Shown here piece by piece: positions 1 through 7,994 of a stretch of DNA of 64,000 nt. The notes under the pieces were generated by a model. That model was not told the origin of the DNA and ran no database searches. It worked only from the letters and a program-made list of their open reading frames with translations. Position 1 is the stretch's first letter. Every line of letters begins with the position of its first letter. Source of the DNA: Pyrinomonadaceae bacterium (GTDB lineage: Bacteria; Acidobacteriota; Blastocatellia; Pyrinomonadales; Pyrinomonadaceae); assembly GCA_036518995.1 (NCBI GenBank), contig DATDMC010000096.1, forward strand, positions 6 to 64,005, in the 5' to 3' direction. The translations under genes were made by a program, and so were the position numbers.

Positions 1-156
1 CAAAACGCGCACTACAACTTCGGGCTACGCCCTTCGACCCATAAAATTATTTTCAGCCGGGCTATTTTGTTAATAATAAAGGAGGGCATAGCCCAGAACC
101 GAAACACCCACGAAACGGAAAGGCACAGCCATTCCTCACAACAGACGGCCAAGCCG
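1..156. repeat. Family A palindromic element, partial (core plus right arm; left arm lies outside the window)
   Basis: 117-156 ggaaaggcacagccattcctcacaacagacggccaagccg matches the right arms at 16384-16420 and 50821-50861. The shared core cgggctacgccc is at 21-32. Confidence 0.7.
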
Positions 157-208
157 TAGCACTTGGTTGTCGTACTGGCGTTGCGTTATATTCTTTCGGC
201 CACAGTGC

Positions 209-293
209 GGAGGGGTCGCATAATGGTAGTGCAGCGGTCTTGAAAACCGCCGACCGAAAGGTTATGCAGGTTCGAGTCCTGTCCCCTCCGCCA
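209..293 (+). tRNA. tRNA-Ser (anticodon UGA), class II with long variable arm, CCA encoded
   Basis: 85-nt cloverleaf folded by eye. Acceptor ggagggg/cccctcc; 3-bp D stem gca/tgc; anticodon stem gcggt/accgc with loop ctTGAaa; variable arm cgaccgaaaggttat; T arm gcagg-ttcgagt-cctgt; G73 then CCA. The anticodon and variable arms closely resemble E. coli tRNA-Ser(UGA) as I remember it. Confidence 0.9.
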
Positions 294-417
294 CCTCTTG
301 AACGATTGAAGGCCGCCTAAAGATGCCGTCCCTCACCGACCTTACGATCATCGTCCCGAGGGACACGAGCAGGTAGTACTCAACGACACCAAAGCGATGC
401 AGGCTTACCACGAGGAA

Positions 418-485
418 GGATTAACCACAAAGATGCAAAGACACTAAAGCTTTATTAAGTATTTTTTGTGTCTTGGTGGTTAATC
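418..485. repeat. Family C2 palindromic element (GGATTAACCACAAAGAyGCAAAG... arms)
   Basis: Left arm ggattaaccacaaagatgcaaagacac (418-444) against right arm gtgtcttggtggttaatc (468-485). Same arm sequence as 53001-53097. Confidence 0.7.
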
Positions 486-527
486 ATTCTCAGAACAGTT
501 AACGCTTTAGCTTAGGGAGAATCGAAC

Positions 528-1094
528 ATGCGCAAAGTAGTGGTTTTCAATTCGATCAGTCTCGATGGTTTTTTTACGGACCTGGATGGCGACATGAGTT
601 GGGCGCACAAGAATGATCCGGAGTGGAACGACTTTACCTCTGGCAATGCGCAAGGTGGCGATAGAGGTCTGTTTCTGTTTGGGAGAGTCACCTATCAGAT
701 GATGGCAAGCTGGTGGCCCAGCCCGCAGGCGCTGCAAACGATGCCGGAAGTTGCGAACGCGATGAACAGTCGTCAAAAAGTCGTGTTTTCGAGAACGTTA
801 GAGGAAGCGACCTGGAGCAACACACGTTTAGTTAAAGACAACATGATCGAAGAAGTGCAAAAGTTGAAGAACCAGGATGGCGAAAACATTTTGATCTTCG
901 GTAGCGGGACGATCGTTGCGCAGCTTACTAAAGAAGGACTGATCGATGAATATCAGCTCGTGATTTGTCCGATCGTGCTCGGCAGTGGTCGCACAATGTT
1001 TGAAGGCGTGAAAGAAAAAGTGGTCTTGAAACGAACTCAGGCGCGAACGTTTGATAATGGAAACGTGTTTGCGTCTTACGAACGAGTGTTCTGA
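528..1094 (+). CDS. Dihydrofolate reductase-family protein (RibD C-terminal domain type)
   Basis: ATG at 528 preceded by gggaga. 188 aa with MRKVVVFNSISLDGF, GRVTYQMM..W and ILIFGSGTIV motifs typical of RibD_C/DHFR-like reductases. Confidence 0.8.
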   Translation: MRKVVVFNSISLDGFFTDLDGDMSWAHKNDPEWNDFTSGNAQGGDRGLFLFGRVTYQMMASWWPSPQALQTMPEVANAMNSRQKVVFSRTLEEATWSNTRLVKDNMIEEVQKLKNQDGENILIFGSGTIVAQLTKEGLIDEYQLVICPIVLGSGRTMFEGVKEKVVLKRTQARTFDNGNVFASYERVF

Positions 1095-1156
1095 GTCTGG
1101 AGTTTCGAGTCTAGAGTTTCGAGTTTAGAGTTTCGAGTTTAGAGTTTCGAGTTCTG
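1094..1156. repeat. Heptanucleotide tandem array, AGTyTnG x9 (also readable as a 14-bp unit agagtttcgagttt x4)
   Basis: Units agtctgg agtttcg agtctag agtttcg agtttag agtttcg agtttag agtttcg agttctg. The array starts on the last base of the upstream stop codon. Confidence 0.85.
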
Positions 1157-1205
1157 GCCCTATTCCGCGTGTTTTTGCGCGTTATGAGTGGAGGCTGGAA
1201 CCAAG

Positions 1206-3239
1206 ATGCGTCAACTGCTGATCCTTGCACTAATCACAACCCTAACGTTTTCCGGACTGACTTTCGCCCAACAAACAAAGCAAGCTATCCCGACCGCCTC
1301 GATGGATCGGCTAGACATCTATCGGCAGTATTCGCATTTATCACGCCAAAAAGATTTCCAGTCGTTACTAAAAACCGTTGGCGTGAAAAATGTTGACGCT
1401 GTTATCGCGTGGTTAGACGACAACGATGCGCAACTGAGCGACGCCGTAACCTCGGCCGCGCACGATGAAGTTAAGAGTATTCAGGACGAGCGAATTGCCG
1501 AGCGTCGTCGGGCGATGGAAGAAAGAGCAGATGCCGAGCCGGCGCCGGAACCTGAACCATCAGCAACTCCAATCACACGAGCCAGGACCAGACGCCGCCA
1601 GTCAAACCACGCGAGCTATGGACCAAAAATTTCAGACGATGCTCCGGTAGTGACCGTCTCCAGAAAAGTAGATCGAGTCGAATCGTCGGGGGCAACTGAA
1701 AAGTCCTATCAGGATGGCGACGTCACGATCACGCAAGGACAAACTGAGGGCGTCCAGGGCACTGCCGAAGAAAACGGCATAATCACCATCACCTTAACTT
1801 CAACTGAATACGTCGATGCTGTGAACAAGCCGGAGCGAAGCAGCGTTCGCAGTGAAGTTACAAAGATTTGGGAAGCGTCTATTCCCGCCTGTCCTGACGC
1901 GAACGGTTTGCTGTCAGGACATGAAAAAATCACGAGCTTCGGCACTAAGAAACTCACCACTCCGCAAACGATTGCGATCTTAAAGGATGAGTTTGTCACC
2001 GACATAGTGGTAACTGGAAATGTAAACGACGCGGCCGAACTTTCGACTTTCGATCTAAAAGGACGCACCACGCGGACCATCAGTGGCTTCGATCGCGCGC
2101 ACCGTCTGGGCCTGTTGGGAGACACCGACATCGTTGATGGTTCTTCTTCGGTTGAGGTGAAATTAATAGATAACAAAGTCGCGAATGAGACCCAGCCCAG
2201 GGACGAGCCAGGTCGTTCCATTGACGTGACCGGAGGTAGCGACGACATGAGAGTCGGGGCCGCTGCCGGAATTTCTGCAGGCTGGCTTTATGGCTCTAAC
2301 GCGGTGCGGTTGGCCCGAGAGAATTGGCGAAATGGGGGTTGTGTGGAAGTAAAGATGTCGGCGCCAAAAATCAAACTTCGTCCAGGTGAACAGGTAAACG
2401 TCGCGACCGAAACTGTGCACAAGAAAGATGGGGCTAAAATCGCAGCAATGATGACTAAAACTGCGGCTACGGATTTAGCTACACCAGACCAGCAGCACGC
2501 GGCAACGCGAGCAGTGTTCACCTTGACCGCGCCTAAGAAAGGTTCGAAGGGAATGATCATGGTTGAATCAGTTTCGCGTCGCGGAATCGCCAGCGAGATG
2601 ATGCGTTTCCAGGAAGATATTCCCGGACAAAAACCAAACAAGGGTGGCTGGGTGGGCCAGGTCACGGCGACTACGAAATATCACAAGGACGTACCGAAGA
2701 AAGCCAGCGGCGCAATGGTCTCGGCGAATGAATATACGGAATGGGAGATCGTGGCGAAGTTTGATGTCACCGGAATTGTGAATCCGATCGGCGCTTTTGA
2801 TAATGGATATTTTGCCGACGGCAATGTCAATTTCACTCAAACCAATCATCGAGATTTCACCTATGCGACGAATCTGATGAGCTGCAACGACTCCATTGTT
2901 AATACGGGCCAAACGCAGAACTTCGACGTCATACTGAAAGGTGAAGGAGGACAACGGACCACCGTTTATGTGGCTAAACCCTTCATTGAATTTACAACGC
3001 AGGACGTAAATGGCAGTCGTATTTATAGGACCGTCTATAATTCCCAATGTCAGCCATACAACAACGCCAACAGCAAGAATACTGAAGAGCCGGTGCAACA
3101 AGTTGGCGGTTCATACAGTTACCGAATCGAGTCGCCTGTTGATCCTCGCCAGCCAAATGTGTTGCAGGGATCAGTGACAGTTGAGAATGAGGATGGCAGT
3201 AAGACGACGTATTCGTGGAATTTGACGAAGATGAAGTAG
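1206..3239 (+). CDS. Secreted hypothetical protein, 677 aa, no recognisable domain
   Basis: ATG at 1206 with ggagg at 1190-1194. Signal peptide MRQLLILALITTLTFSGLTFAQQ, an Arg/Glu/Pro-rich linker, then a long uninterrupted beta-rich ORF. Confidence 0.7.
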   Translation: MRQLLILALITTLTFSGLTFAQQTKQAIPTASMDRLDIYRQYSHLSRQKDFQSLLKTVGVKNVDAVIAWLDDNDAQLSDAVTSAAHDEVKSIQDERIAERRRAMEERADAEPAPEPEPSATPITRARTRRRQSNHASYGPKISDDAPVVTVSRKVDRVESSGATEKSYQDGDVTITQGQTEGVQGTAEENGIITITLTSTEYVDAVNKPERSSVRSEVTKIWEASIPACPDANGLLSGHEKITSFGTKKLTTPQTIAILKDEFVTDIVVTGNVNDAAELSTFDLKGRTTRTISGFDRAHRLGLLGDTDIVDGSSSVEVKLIDNKVANETQPRDEPGRSIDVTGGSDDMRVGAAAGISAGWLYGSNAVRLARENWRNGGCVEVKMSAPKIKLRPGEQVNVATETVHKKDGAKIAAMMTKTAATDLATPDQQHAATRAVFTLTAPKKGSKGMIMVESVSRRGIASEMMRFQEDIPGQKPNKGGWVGQVTATTKYHKDVPKKASGAMVSANEYTEWEIVAKFDVTGIVNPIGAFDNGYFADGNVNFTQTNHRDFTYATNLMSCNDSIVNTGQTQNFDVILKGEGGQRTTVYVAKPFIEFTTQDVNGSRIYRTVYNSQCQPYNNANSKNTEEPVQQVGGSYSYRIESPVDPRQPNVLQGSVTVENEDGSKTTYSWNLTKMK

Positions 3240-3244
3240 CGGGG

Positions 3245-3310
3245 AGTCCAAAGTTCAAAGTTCAAAGTTTAGAGTCCGAAGTCCCAAGTTCAAAGTTCGA
3301 AGTCCAGAGT
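3245..3310. repeat. Heptanucleotide tandem array, AGTyCnA x9
   Basis: Units agtccaa agttcaa agttcaa agtttag agtccga agtccca agttcaa agttcga agtccag. Begins 6 nt after the stop at 3237-3239. Confidence 0.85.
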
Positions 3311-3429
3311 ACACCCGCGTCTGTCTGTTTCCAGTCCGGTTTTGTATTCCATCAATACGCGAAAAATGGGACTTACTTTAAAATTAAGGCAAAATTTGCG
3401 GACTTCGGATTGCCTCTAAAGAGTGTGCT

Positions 3430-3927
3430 ATGAAACTAAAAACTCTGAATAGCATCGCCATCATTTTATTGCTTGCCGGTATTTCAACCGTCTCTGCACA
3501 AACAAGCGCCCAGGAACGCGCCGATACTTTGCGTTTACAGCTTGAAGAAGTGAAGACGAAGCAACTCGATCTTGAGACTCGGCTGCAGGTGTTAGATGAG
3601 CAATCGAAGCCGGAAAATATTGAAAAGAGTTTGGCTGGCGTAGGAAGTACTCATCCAGAGGATCTTCGTGAACTGAAACGAAAACAGTTCGAGAATGAGA
3701 AGGCGAGCGTGCAAAAGCAACTGGCGTTGTTAGCAGACAGCCGGACGCGGTTGGAGGCGGGAGTTGCACAGGCCGACGCAGCAGCTTATCAACAGAGTGC
3801 AAAGGGACCAGCAATGCCGGTAGAAGCGGCGACGACGACAGGTGATAGTGTAGCGCCCGCGCCAAAGCAGAGACAGAGGAGAGCCAGGGCGCGCCGCGTT
3901 AAGACCAAGAAAACCGACGACGAGTAA
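3430..3927 (+). CDS. Secreted coiled-coil protein, hypothetical (165 aa)
   Basis: ATG at 3430. Signal peptide MKLKTLNSIAIILLLAGISTVSAQ, heptad-like Leu/Glu/Gln-rich middle, basic C-terminal tail RQRRARARRVKTKK. Confidence 0.6.
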   Translation: MKLKTLNSIAIILLLAGISTVSAQTSAQERADTLRLQLEEVKTKQLDLETRLQVLDEQSKPENIEKSLAGVGSTHPEDLRELKRKQFENEKASVQKQLALLADSRTRLEAGVAQADAAAYQQSAKGPAMPVEAATTTGDSVAPAPKQRQRRARARRVKTKKTDDE

Positions 3928-3934
3928 GTGGATT

Positions 3935-4039
3935 CCTTAGGAGCGCAGGCGTCCTCGCCTGCCTGCGTGGAATAGAATGAACTTATTGGTTGGGGGTGTG
4001 CTTATTAAACCGCAGGCGGGGACGCCTGCGCTCCTTAGG
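3935..4039. repeat. Family D palindromic element (AGGAsCGCAGGCGTCCyCGCCTGC arms)
   Basis: Left arm ccttaggagcgcaggcgtcctcgcctgc against right arm gcaggcggggacgcctgcgctccttagg. Each arm has its own hairpin gcaggcg-nnnn-cgcctgc. It fills the gap between convergent stops 3927 and 4040. Confidence 0.85.
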
Positions 4040-4732
4040 TCAGTAGTTAGTTAGTATTTCTCCAGGGTTGAAACCTAACCTGCTTAACGTCTCACGTGTT
4101 TCATTAATCATTTGAAGAGAGCCACACACGAGTGCGACTGGTGATTTAAGGTTGGGCAACACGTTATCAAGAAGTGATTGCACGTAGCCGGTTGGACCAG
4201 ACCAATCATGTCCGTCCGGTCGCGAGATCACCTGGCGTAATTCAACTCCTGCCTCAGCCCACGAATCTACCTCGTGGCGATAACAAAAATCATCAGGCGT
4301 ACGCGCGCCATAAAGCACCACCAGTTGTCCGAAATTTTCTCTTTGCTTCAAGACGTGACGTAAGGCTGATCGCAGTGGCGCAACGCCTGTGCCCATTGCG
4401 ACGAAAACAAGATCTCTTTGCTGCTGCTGGTCGAGAGAAAATCCATGACCAGCGATGCCCACCAATTCGATTGTTTCGCCCGGCGTTAGATCGAAGATCA
4501 TTTTGCTGGCGCCGATTTTCTGTTTCACGAGCACTTCAAGATCGTTGTCGTGAGGCGCACTCGCAAACGCAAAGTAACCTTGCTCATCGTTGGGACACTT
4601 GAGAATAGCTACCTGTCCGGGTGTGAAATTTATCCCATGATGGCCGACCGTATTTTGCGGGCGTAGATCAAAAGCACGAGTGTCCGGCGCCTGCTCACGA
4701 ACGCGGGTAATGACGAGTGTTTGGGGTTCCAT
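4040..4732 (-). CDS. FAD/NAD(P)-binding oxidoreductase, ferredoxin-NADP reductase-like fold
   Basis: 230 aa. Motifs GQVAILK, YFAFAS (RxYS-type FAD site region), VFVAMGTGVAPLRS (NAD(P) GTGxAP motif) and LVCGSLQM near the C-terminus. Confidence 0.75.
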   Translation of the reverse strand: MEPQTLVITRVREQAPDTRAFDLRPQNTVGHHGINFTPGQVAILKCPNDEQGYFAFASAPHDNDLEVLVKQKIGASKMIFDLTPGETIELVGIAGHGFSLDQQQQRDLVFVAMGTGVAPLRSALRHVLKQRENFGQLVVLYGARTPDDFCYRHEVDSWAEAGVELRQVISRPDGHDWSGPTGYVQSLLDNVLPNLKSPVALVCGSLQMINETRETLSRLGFNPGEILTNY

Positions 4733-4860
4733 TCGATTAGAAGTGTAACAAATCTGAGTTGCGCAAAGTTTTCAAGATAGCGATCTACAAAACTTTGTCT
4801 TCCAGTTCTGAAAAATAATGATACAATCCGCGTCGCCGACTCCCCAGCACTCAACCCATC

Positions 4861-5520
4861 ATGAGAAAAAGAAATCTAATTCACTTAGCGTGTCTTTGTC
4901 TTCTCGTCTTGATTTGCGGCTTTGATTTGCAGGCCCAGTCGGGTCGACGCCAACCGCGCACTGAACCGGCAGCGCCGATACCGACTCCCACGCCGGAACC
5001 AACCCCAACTCCCAGCAGCCCGAAAAAAGATTCCGATACTTTGCTCCTCGTCGGAATCGATAACAGCGGCGCCTTTAATCAGTTTCCCTTAACTTTTTAC
5101 GCCGCGGCTGTTGATGGCTGTACGGAGGAACTGAAAAGAAATGCAATCGTTGACGTCGACTCGGCAACAAAAGAAATGACGCGTAGCGATGCAATCAACA
5201 GGGCGAAAACCGACCCGAAAACTTATGTGATCTATTTGCAGCTCAAGAACCAACTGAGGCCCGAAGCGCAAGGCACTGACTCGAGCGAGGAGATTGAACT
5301 TGAGTACACTGTTTTTGCCCCTTTGACCGCGAAGATCCTCGCGAATGGAACGGCCTATCAAAATGGCAGGCGTGCCGGGCCGGTAGTCGTCAGTCCTCCT
5401 GGAACAAGCACTACTTCCAGCATCATGTATCGTGAGGCATTATTAAAACGGGCAGGGGCCGAAGCTGCCGATCGCATACTCAAGTCGCTTCACTTGAGTT
5501 CCGTGCCCGCGACGCATTAA
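4861..5520 (+). CDS. Secreted hypothetical protein with Pro/Thr-rich linker (219 aa)
   Basis: ATG at 4861. Hydrophobic signal LIHLACLCLLVLICGFDLQAQ, then a PTPTPEPTPTPSSP linker. No recognisable domain. Confidence 0.6.
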   Translation: MRKRNLIHLACLCLLVLICGFDLQAQSGRRQPRTEPAAPIPTPTPEPTPTPSSPKKDSDTLLLVGIDNSGAFNQFPLTFYAAAVDGCTEELKRNAIVDVDSATKEMTRSDAINRAKTDPKTYVIYLQLKNQLRPEAQGTDSSEEIELEYTVFAPLTAKILANGTAYQNGRRAGPVVVSPPGTSTTSSIMYREALLKRAGAEAADRILKSLHLSSVPATH

Positions 5521-5552
5521 GTCGCTTTTGCAAAACTCTATGCTCCGTGGTC

Positions 5553-5656
5553 AAAGAGTCAGTACCACCTCGCGGTAGCGGGTGGGTTTATCTGAGATAC
5601 TGGCGCGTTTTAGCATGAATGACCCACCCGCTACCGCGAGGTGGTACTGACTCTTT
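5553..5656. repeat. Family B palindromic element (AGTCAGTACCACCTCGCGGTAGCGGGTGGGT arms)
   Basis: Perfect 35-bp inverted repeat: aaagagtcagtaccacctcgcggtagcgggtgggt (5553-5587) against 5622-5656. Confidence 0.9.
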
Positions 5657-5680
5657 AGATCCCCAGGAATTTCAGAGGGC

Positions 5681-5719
5681 GATCTTCTGTCGGAGTGCGA
5701 CCGTCCCGGTCGCCCCTCC
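5681..5719. repeat. Family E half-element with hairpin gcgaccg-tcc-cggtcgc
   Basis: gatcttctgtcggagtgcgaccgtcccggtcgcccctcc resembles 28351-28390 and 63931-63967. Lies between convergent genes. Confidence 0.7.
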
Positions 5720-5729
5720 TCAACCACAA

Positions 5730-5987
5730 TCACTCGGGTTTTAGTTGCTGCAGTACGCCGGCGAATTTCGCAATGTCGTCTTTTGTTTTTTCCATTGCTC
5801 GTCGACTATCAAGATACGCGGTCCAGGTAGGTGTTTGAGTAAGGGCCCGCGTCGTATCTTCGTCAAGCACTTGCGCCATCATCGCAATCAAATCACTCAC
5901 AACTTTCGTGTGCTCGACGAGTGACTCAATTATTGAATAAGCCAGTCGCGCTTGTTCAAAATCCAAATCTTTTGCGTCTTCAGTCAT
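5730..5987 (-). CDS. Small acidic hypothetical protein (85 aa)
   Basis: ORF begins 3 nt after the stop of the upstream ygfZ-like gene on the same strand. No recognisable motif. Confidence 0.5.
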   Translation of the reverse strand: MTEDAKDLDFEQARLAYSIIESLVEHTKVVSDLIAMMAQVLDEDTTRALTQTPTWTAYLDSRRAMEKTKDDIAKFAGVLQQLKPE

Positions 5988-5990
5988 TAA

Positions 5991-7016
5991 TCACTCAGCT
6001 TCATTTTCGTACCAGCTACCGCGCACAAATGGTAACTGAGTTACGCTCGCTTTCAATTCTCCTTCACCTACAACCACTTCGGTACCGGCCGCGAGCTGTT
6101 CATACCTGACGTAGCCAAGAGCGATAGGTCGATTAAGTGTTGGTGAAAACGACTCGGACGTAATACGACCGATGTCTTTACCTTCATCATTTTTAATTGT
6201 CTCACCAACGGTCACTGGTCCACTTTTATCAAACGTTAAGCCGGTCAGCTTCTTGGCAACATGACCACGATATTTGATTCGCGCGATGATCTCCTGACCG
6301 ATGTAACAACCCTTTGTAAAGCTGACCGCGTCGTCCAGGTTCGCTTCAGTGATTACGTTGGTTTCGTCCATGTCCTTACCAAAACGTCCGATGCCTGCTT
6401 CGATTCGCAGGGTCTCGAAAGTTTCTGGCGACACTGAAACTGCTCCGGCAGCGATCAGCGCTTTGGCCAACGAGTCGTAATTTTCTGAATCAACTATCAG
6501 ATCAAATCCGTCTTCGGCAGTGTGGGTGGACCTTAAAACGAGCAAATCTTTTCCAGCAAATGTTGTTTCGACGACGCCATATTGCTCGGTCGTTGCGTCG
6601 CATAGTTGTTGGATTATCTCGGCCGACTTTCGACCTTGAATAGAAATCATCGCGGTCGTTGTAGTGACGTCGTTAACTTTAAAATCTCCCGCTAACGTGA
6701 ATCGTTCGATCGTCTTCAACACTGCAGCGTGAGTTGCCTCTTCAGTGTCCAAAAGAAAGCGCGGACTTTTTTCGTCGCGATCGGATAGTCGAGCAACGCG
6801 AATCGCCGCGATCAAACGGCCCTGAACATTAGGAAACGCTGCCGGCATCCAGCGGTGAAGCGCGAGCGTTTTCATGTCGTTGGTAATGAGGCCGTTTAAG
6901 AACATGATCGCCTCAGTGCCTTCGACCCTAATCCTGCCGCGCGTTGTTATATCAATAATACCGGCGCCGTTTTCACGAACTGCCTGATATCCAGCTAAAG
7001 TTTCTACTTCAATCAT
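5991..7016 (-). CDS. ygfZ: Folate-binding YgfZ/GcvT-family protein (Fe-S cluster repair / tRNA-modification-associated)
   Basis: 341 aa. N-terminal GcvT-like fold (RGRIRVEGTEAIMFLNGLITND) and the family signature TKGCYIGQEIIARIKYRG. Confidence 0.8.
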   Translation of the reverse strand: MIEVETLAGYQAVRENGAGIIDITTRGRIRVEGTEAIMFLNGLITNDMKTLALHRWMPAAFPNVQGRLIAAIRVARLSDRDEKSPRFLLDTEEATHAAVLKTIERFTLAGDFKVNDVTTTTAMISIQGRKSAEIIQQLCDATTEQYGVVETTFAGKDLLVLRSTHTAEDGFDLIVDSENYDSLAKALIAAGAVSVSPETFETLRIEAGIGRFGKDMDETNVITEANLDDAVSFTKGCYIGQEIIARIKYRGHVAKKLTGLTFDKSGPVTVGETIKNDEGKDIGRITSESFSPTLNRPIALGYVRYEQLAAGTEVVVGEGELKASVTQLPFVRGSWYENEAE

Positions 7017-7030
7017 TTGTTCAACTCTAG

Positions 7031-7146
7031 AGAGGCTTTTACAAAAGTCAATCTTCGTGGTGATGAAGTCAGTACGGTAACGCGGTAGTGTCGGGTCGTG
7101 TAATAAACCTTAGACCCGCAAAATCTACCTGACCCGACGCTTCATC
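7031..7146. repeat. Family B' mosaic element; right arm carries an internal deletion
   Basis: Left arm agaggcttttacaaaagtcaatcttcgtggtgatgaagtcagtacggtaacgcggtagtgtcgggtc. Right arm is reduced to gacccgacgcttcatc (7131-7146). Homologous to 44126-44292 and 41737-41808. Confidence 0.8.
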
Positions 7147-7754
7147 GACTCTAAAGATCGAATCGCCTGCGCTACGATCTGATAATCACTTAGTTGTTGC
7201 TGCTCTCGCCGGTGCGAAGCCAGCACTTGCGGACTCGGATGATAGATCGGAACTAAGGTCCGTCCATTCCAGTCGTTAATTGTGGCCGCATCGGTTTTAA
7301 GACTGAGTTCATGATAGTGAATGCGTTTGAGTGCCTCAAGCGCCACCGACCCCAACGTGACAATCACAGCGGGATCAATCAGTTGAATTGTGCGCTGAAG
7401 AAAATCTGAACAGTTGGATAATTCTTTTTGCGTCGGTTTTCGATTCGCACCGGATTCGGTGCGTGGATTACATAACGCCGCACTGGTAATAAAAATCTGT
7501 TCACGTTTTAGTTGGATTGAATTTAAGAAGTGGTTAAGGTTCGCGCCTGATTGGTCGCCGCTGAAGGGAACGCGGGTCCGGTCAGCGCCCTTTCTTCCCG
7601 GCGCCTCGCCGATAAACATCACTCGCGATTTGAGCGAGCCGTTCAGTTCACTCAAAATTGCGCTGCGTCCACACATTGCGGCACAACGAGTGCAAGTTTG
7701 CGCCTCGTTAATCAACGCTTCGAACAATTTGGATTTATCTGAGTCTGTTAACAC
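7125..7754 (-). CDS. Uracil-DNA glycosylase superfamily protein (family 4-like, Fe-S type)
   Basis: GTG start at 7752-7754. Motifs CTRCAAMC (Cys cluster), FIGEAPGRKG and IYHPSPQ. The last 7 codons and the stop lie in the family B' repeat arm. Confidence 0.8.
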   Translation of the reverse strand: MLTDSDKSKLFEALINEAQTCTRCAAMCGRSAILSELNGSLKSRVMFIGEAPGRKGADRTRVPFSGDQSGANLNHFLNSIQLKREQIFITSAALCNPRTESGANRKPTQKELSNCSDFLQRTIQLIDPAVIVTLGSVALEALKRIHYHELSLKTDAATINDWNGRTLVPIYHPSPQVLASHRREQQQLSDYQIVAQAIRSLESMKRRVR

Positions 7755-7994
7755 TGAAAGAGTTAAGCATTAGCGCGCTAACTGGCGCAATTGCGATGGT
7801 TGACACGACTCTATTGAAAGGATTGAGTGTTGTCTGATAAGGGCAGGCGGAACGTCTGTCGTCCTATTAGAAAAGCTTCCAAAGCCTGTGATAAACTCCG
7901 CGTCCGAAATCTTGTAGATCGCCATTCCTTCTTGTGTCTACTCCCCGATCTGCGTCACAAGATTGATGCCCAGAAACTCTTAAAGGAAACCTCC

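Noticed and set aside
207-293. tRNA-Ser might be an allo-tRNA or tRNA-Sec-like species. The acceptor pairing can be extended to 9 bp (g207-c291, c208-g290), and the D-loop is short (9 nt) for a class II tRNA.
   Set aside because: A canonical 7/5 fold with G73 and an encoded CCA fits perfectly. The T stem stays at 5 bp, so 8/4 or 9/3 geometry is not met. The anticodon is UGA (Ser), not UCA. Two extra flanking pairs are plausible by chance. The short D-loop is worth a tRNAscan-SE or Infernal score but is not evidence of novelty on its own.
294-417. Possible attachment site or integrase remnant downstream of tRNA-Ser.
   Set aside because: There is no integrase-like ORF. I found no direct repeat of the tRNA 3' end by eye. 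The downstream genes look like ordinary chromosomal genes.
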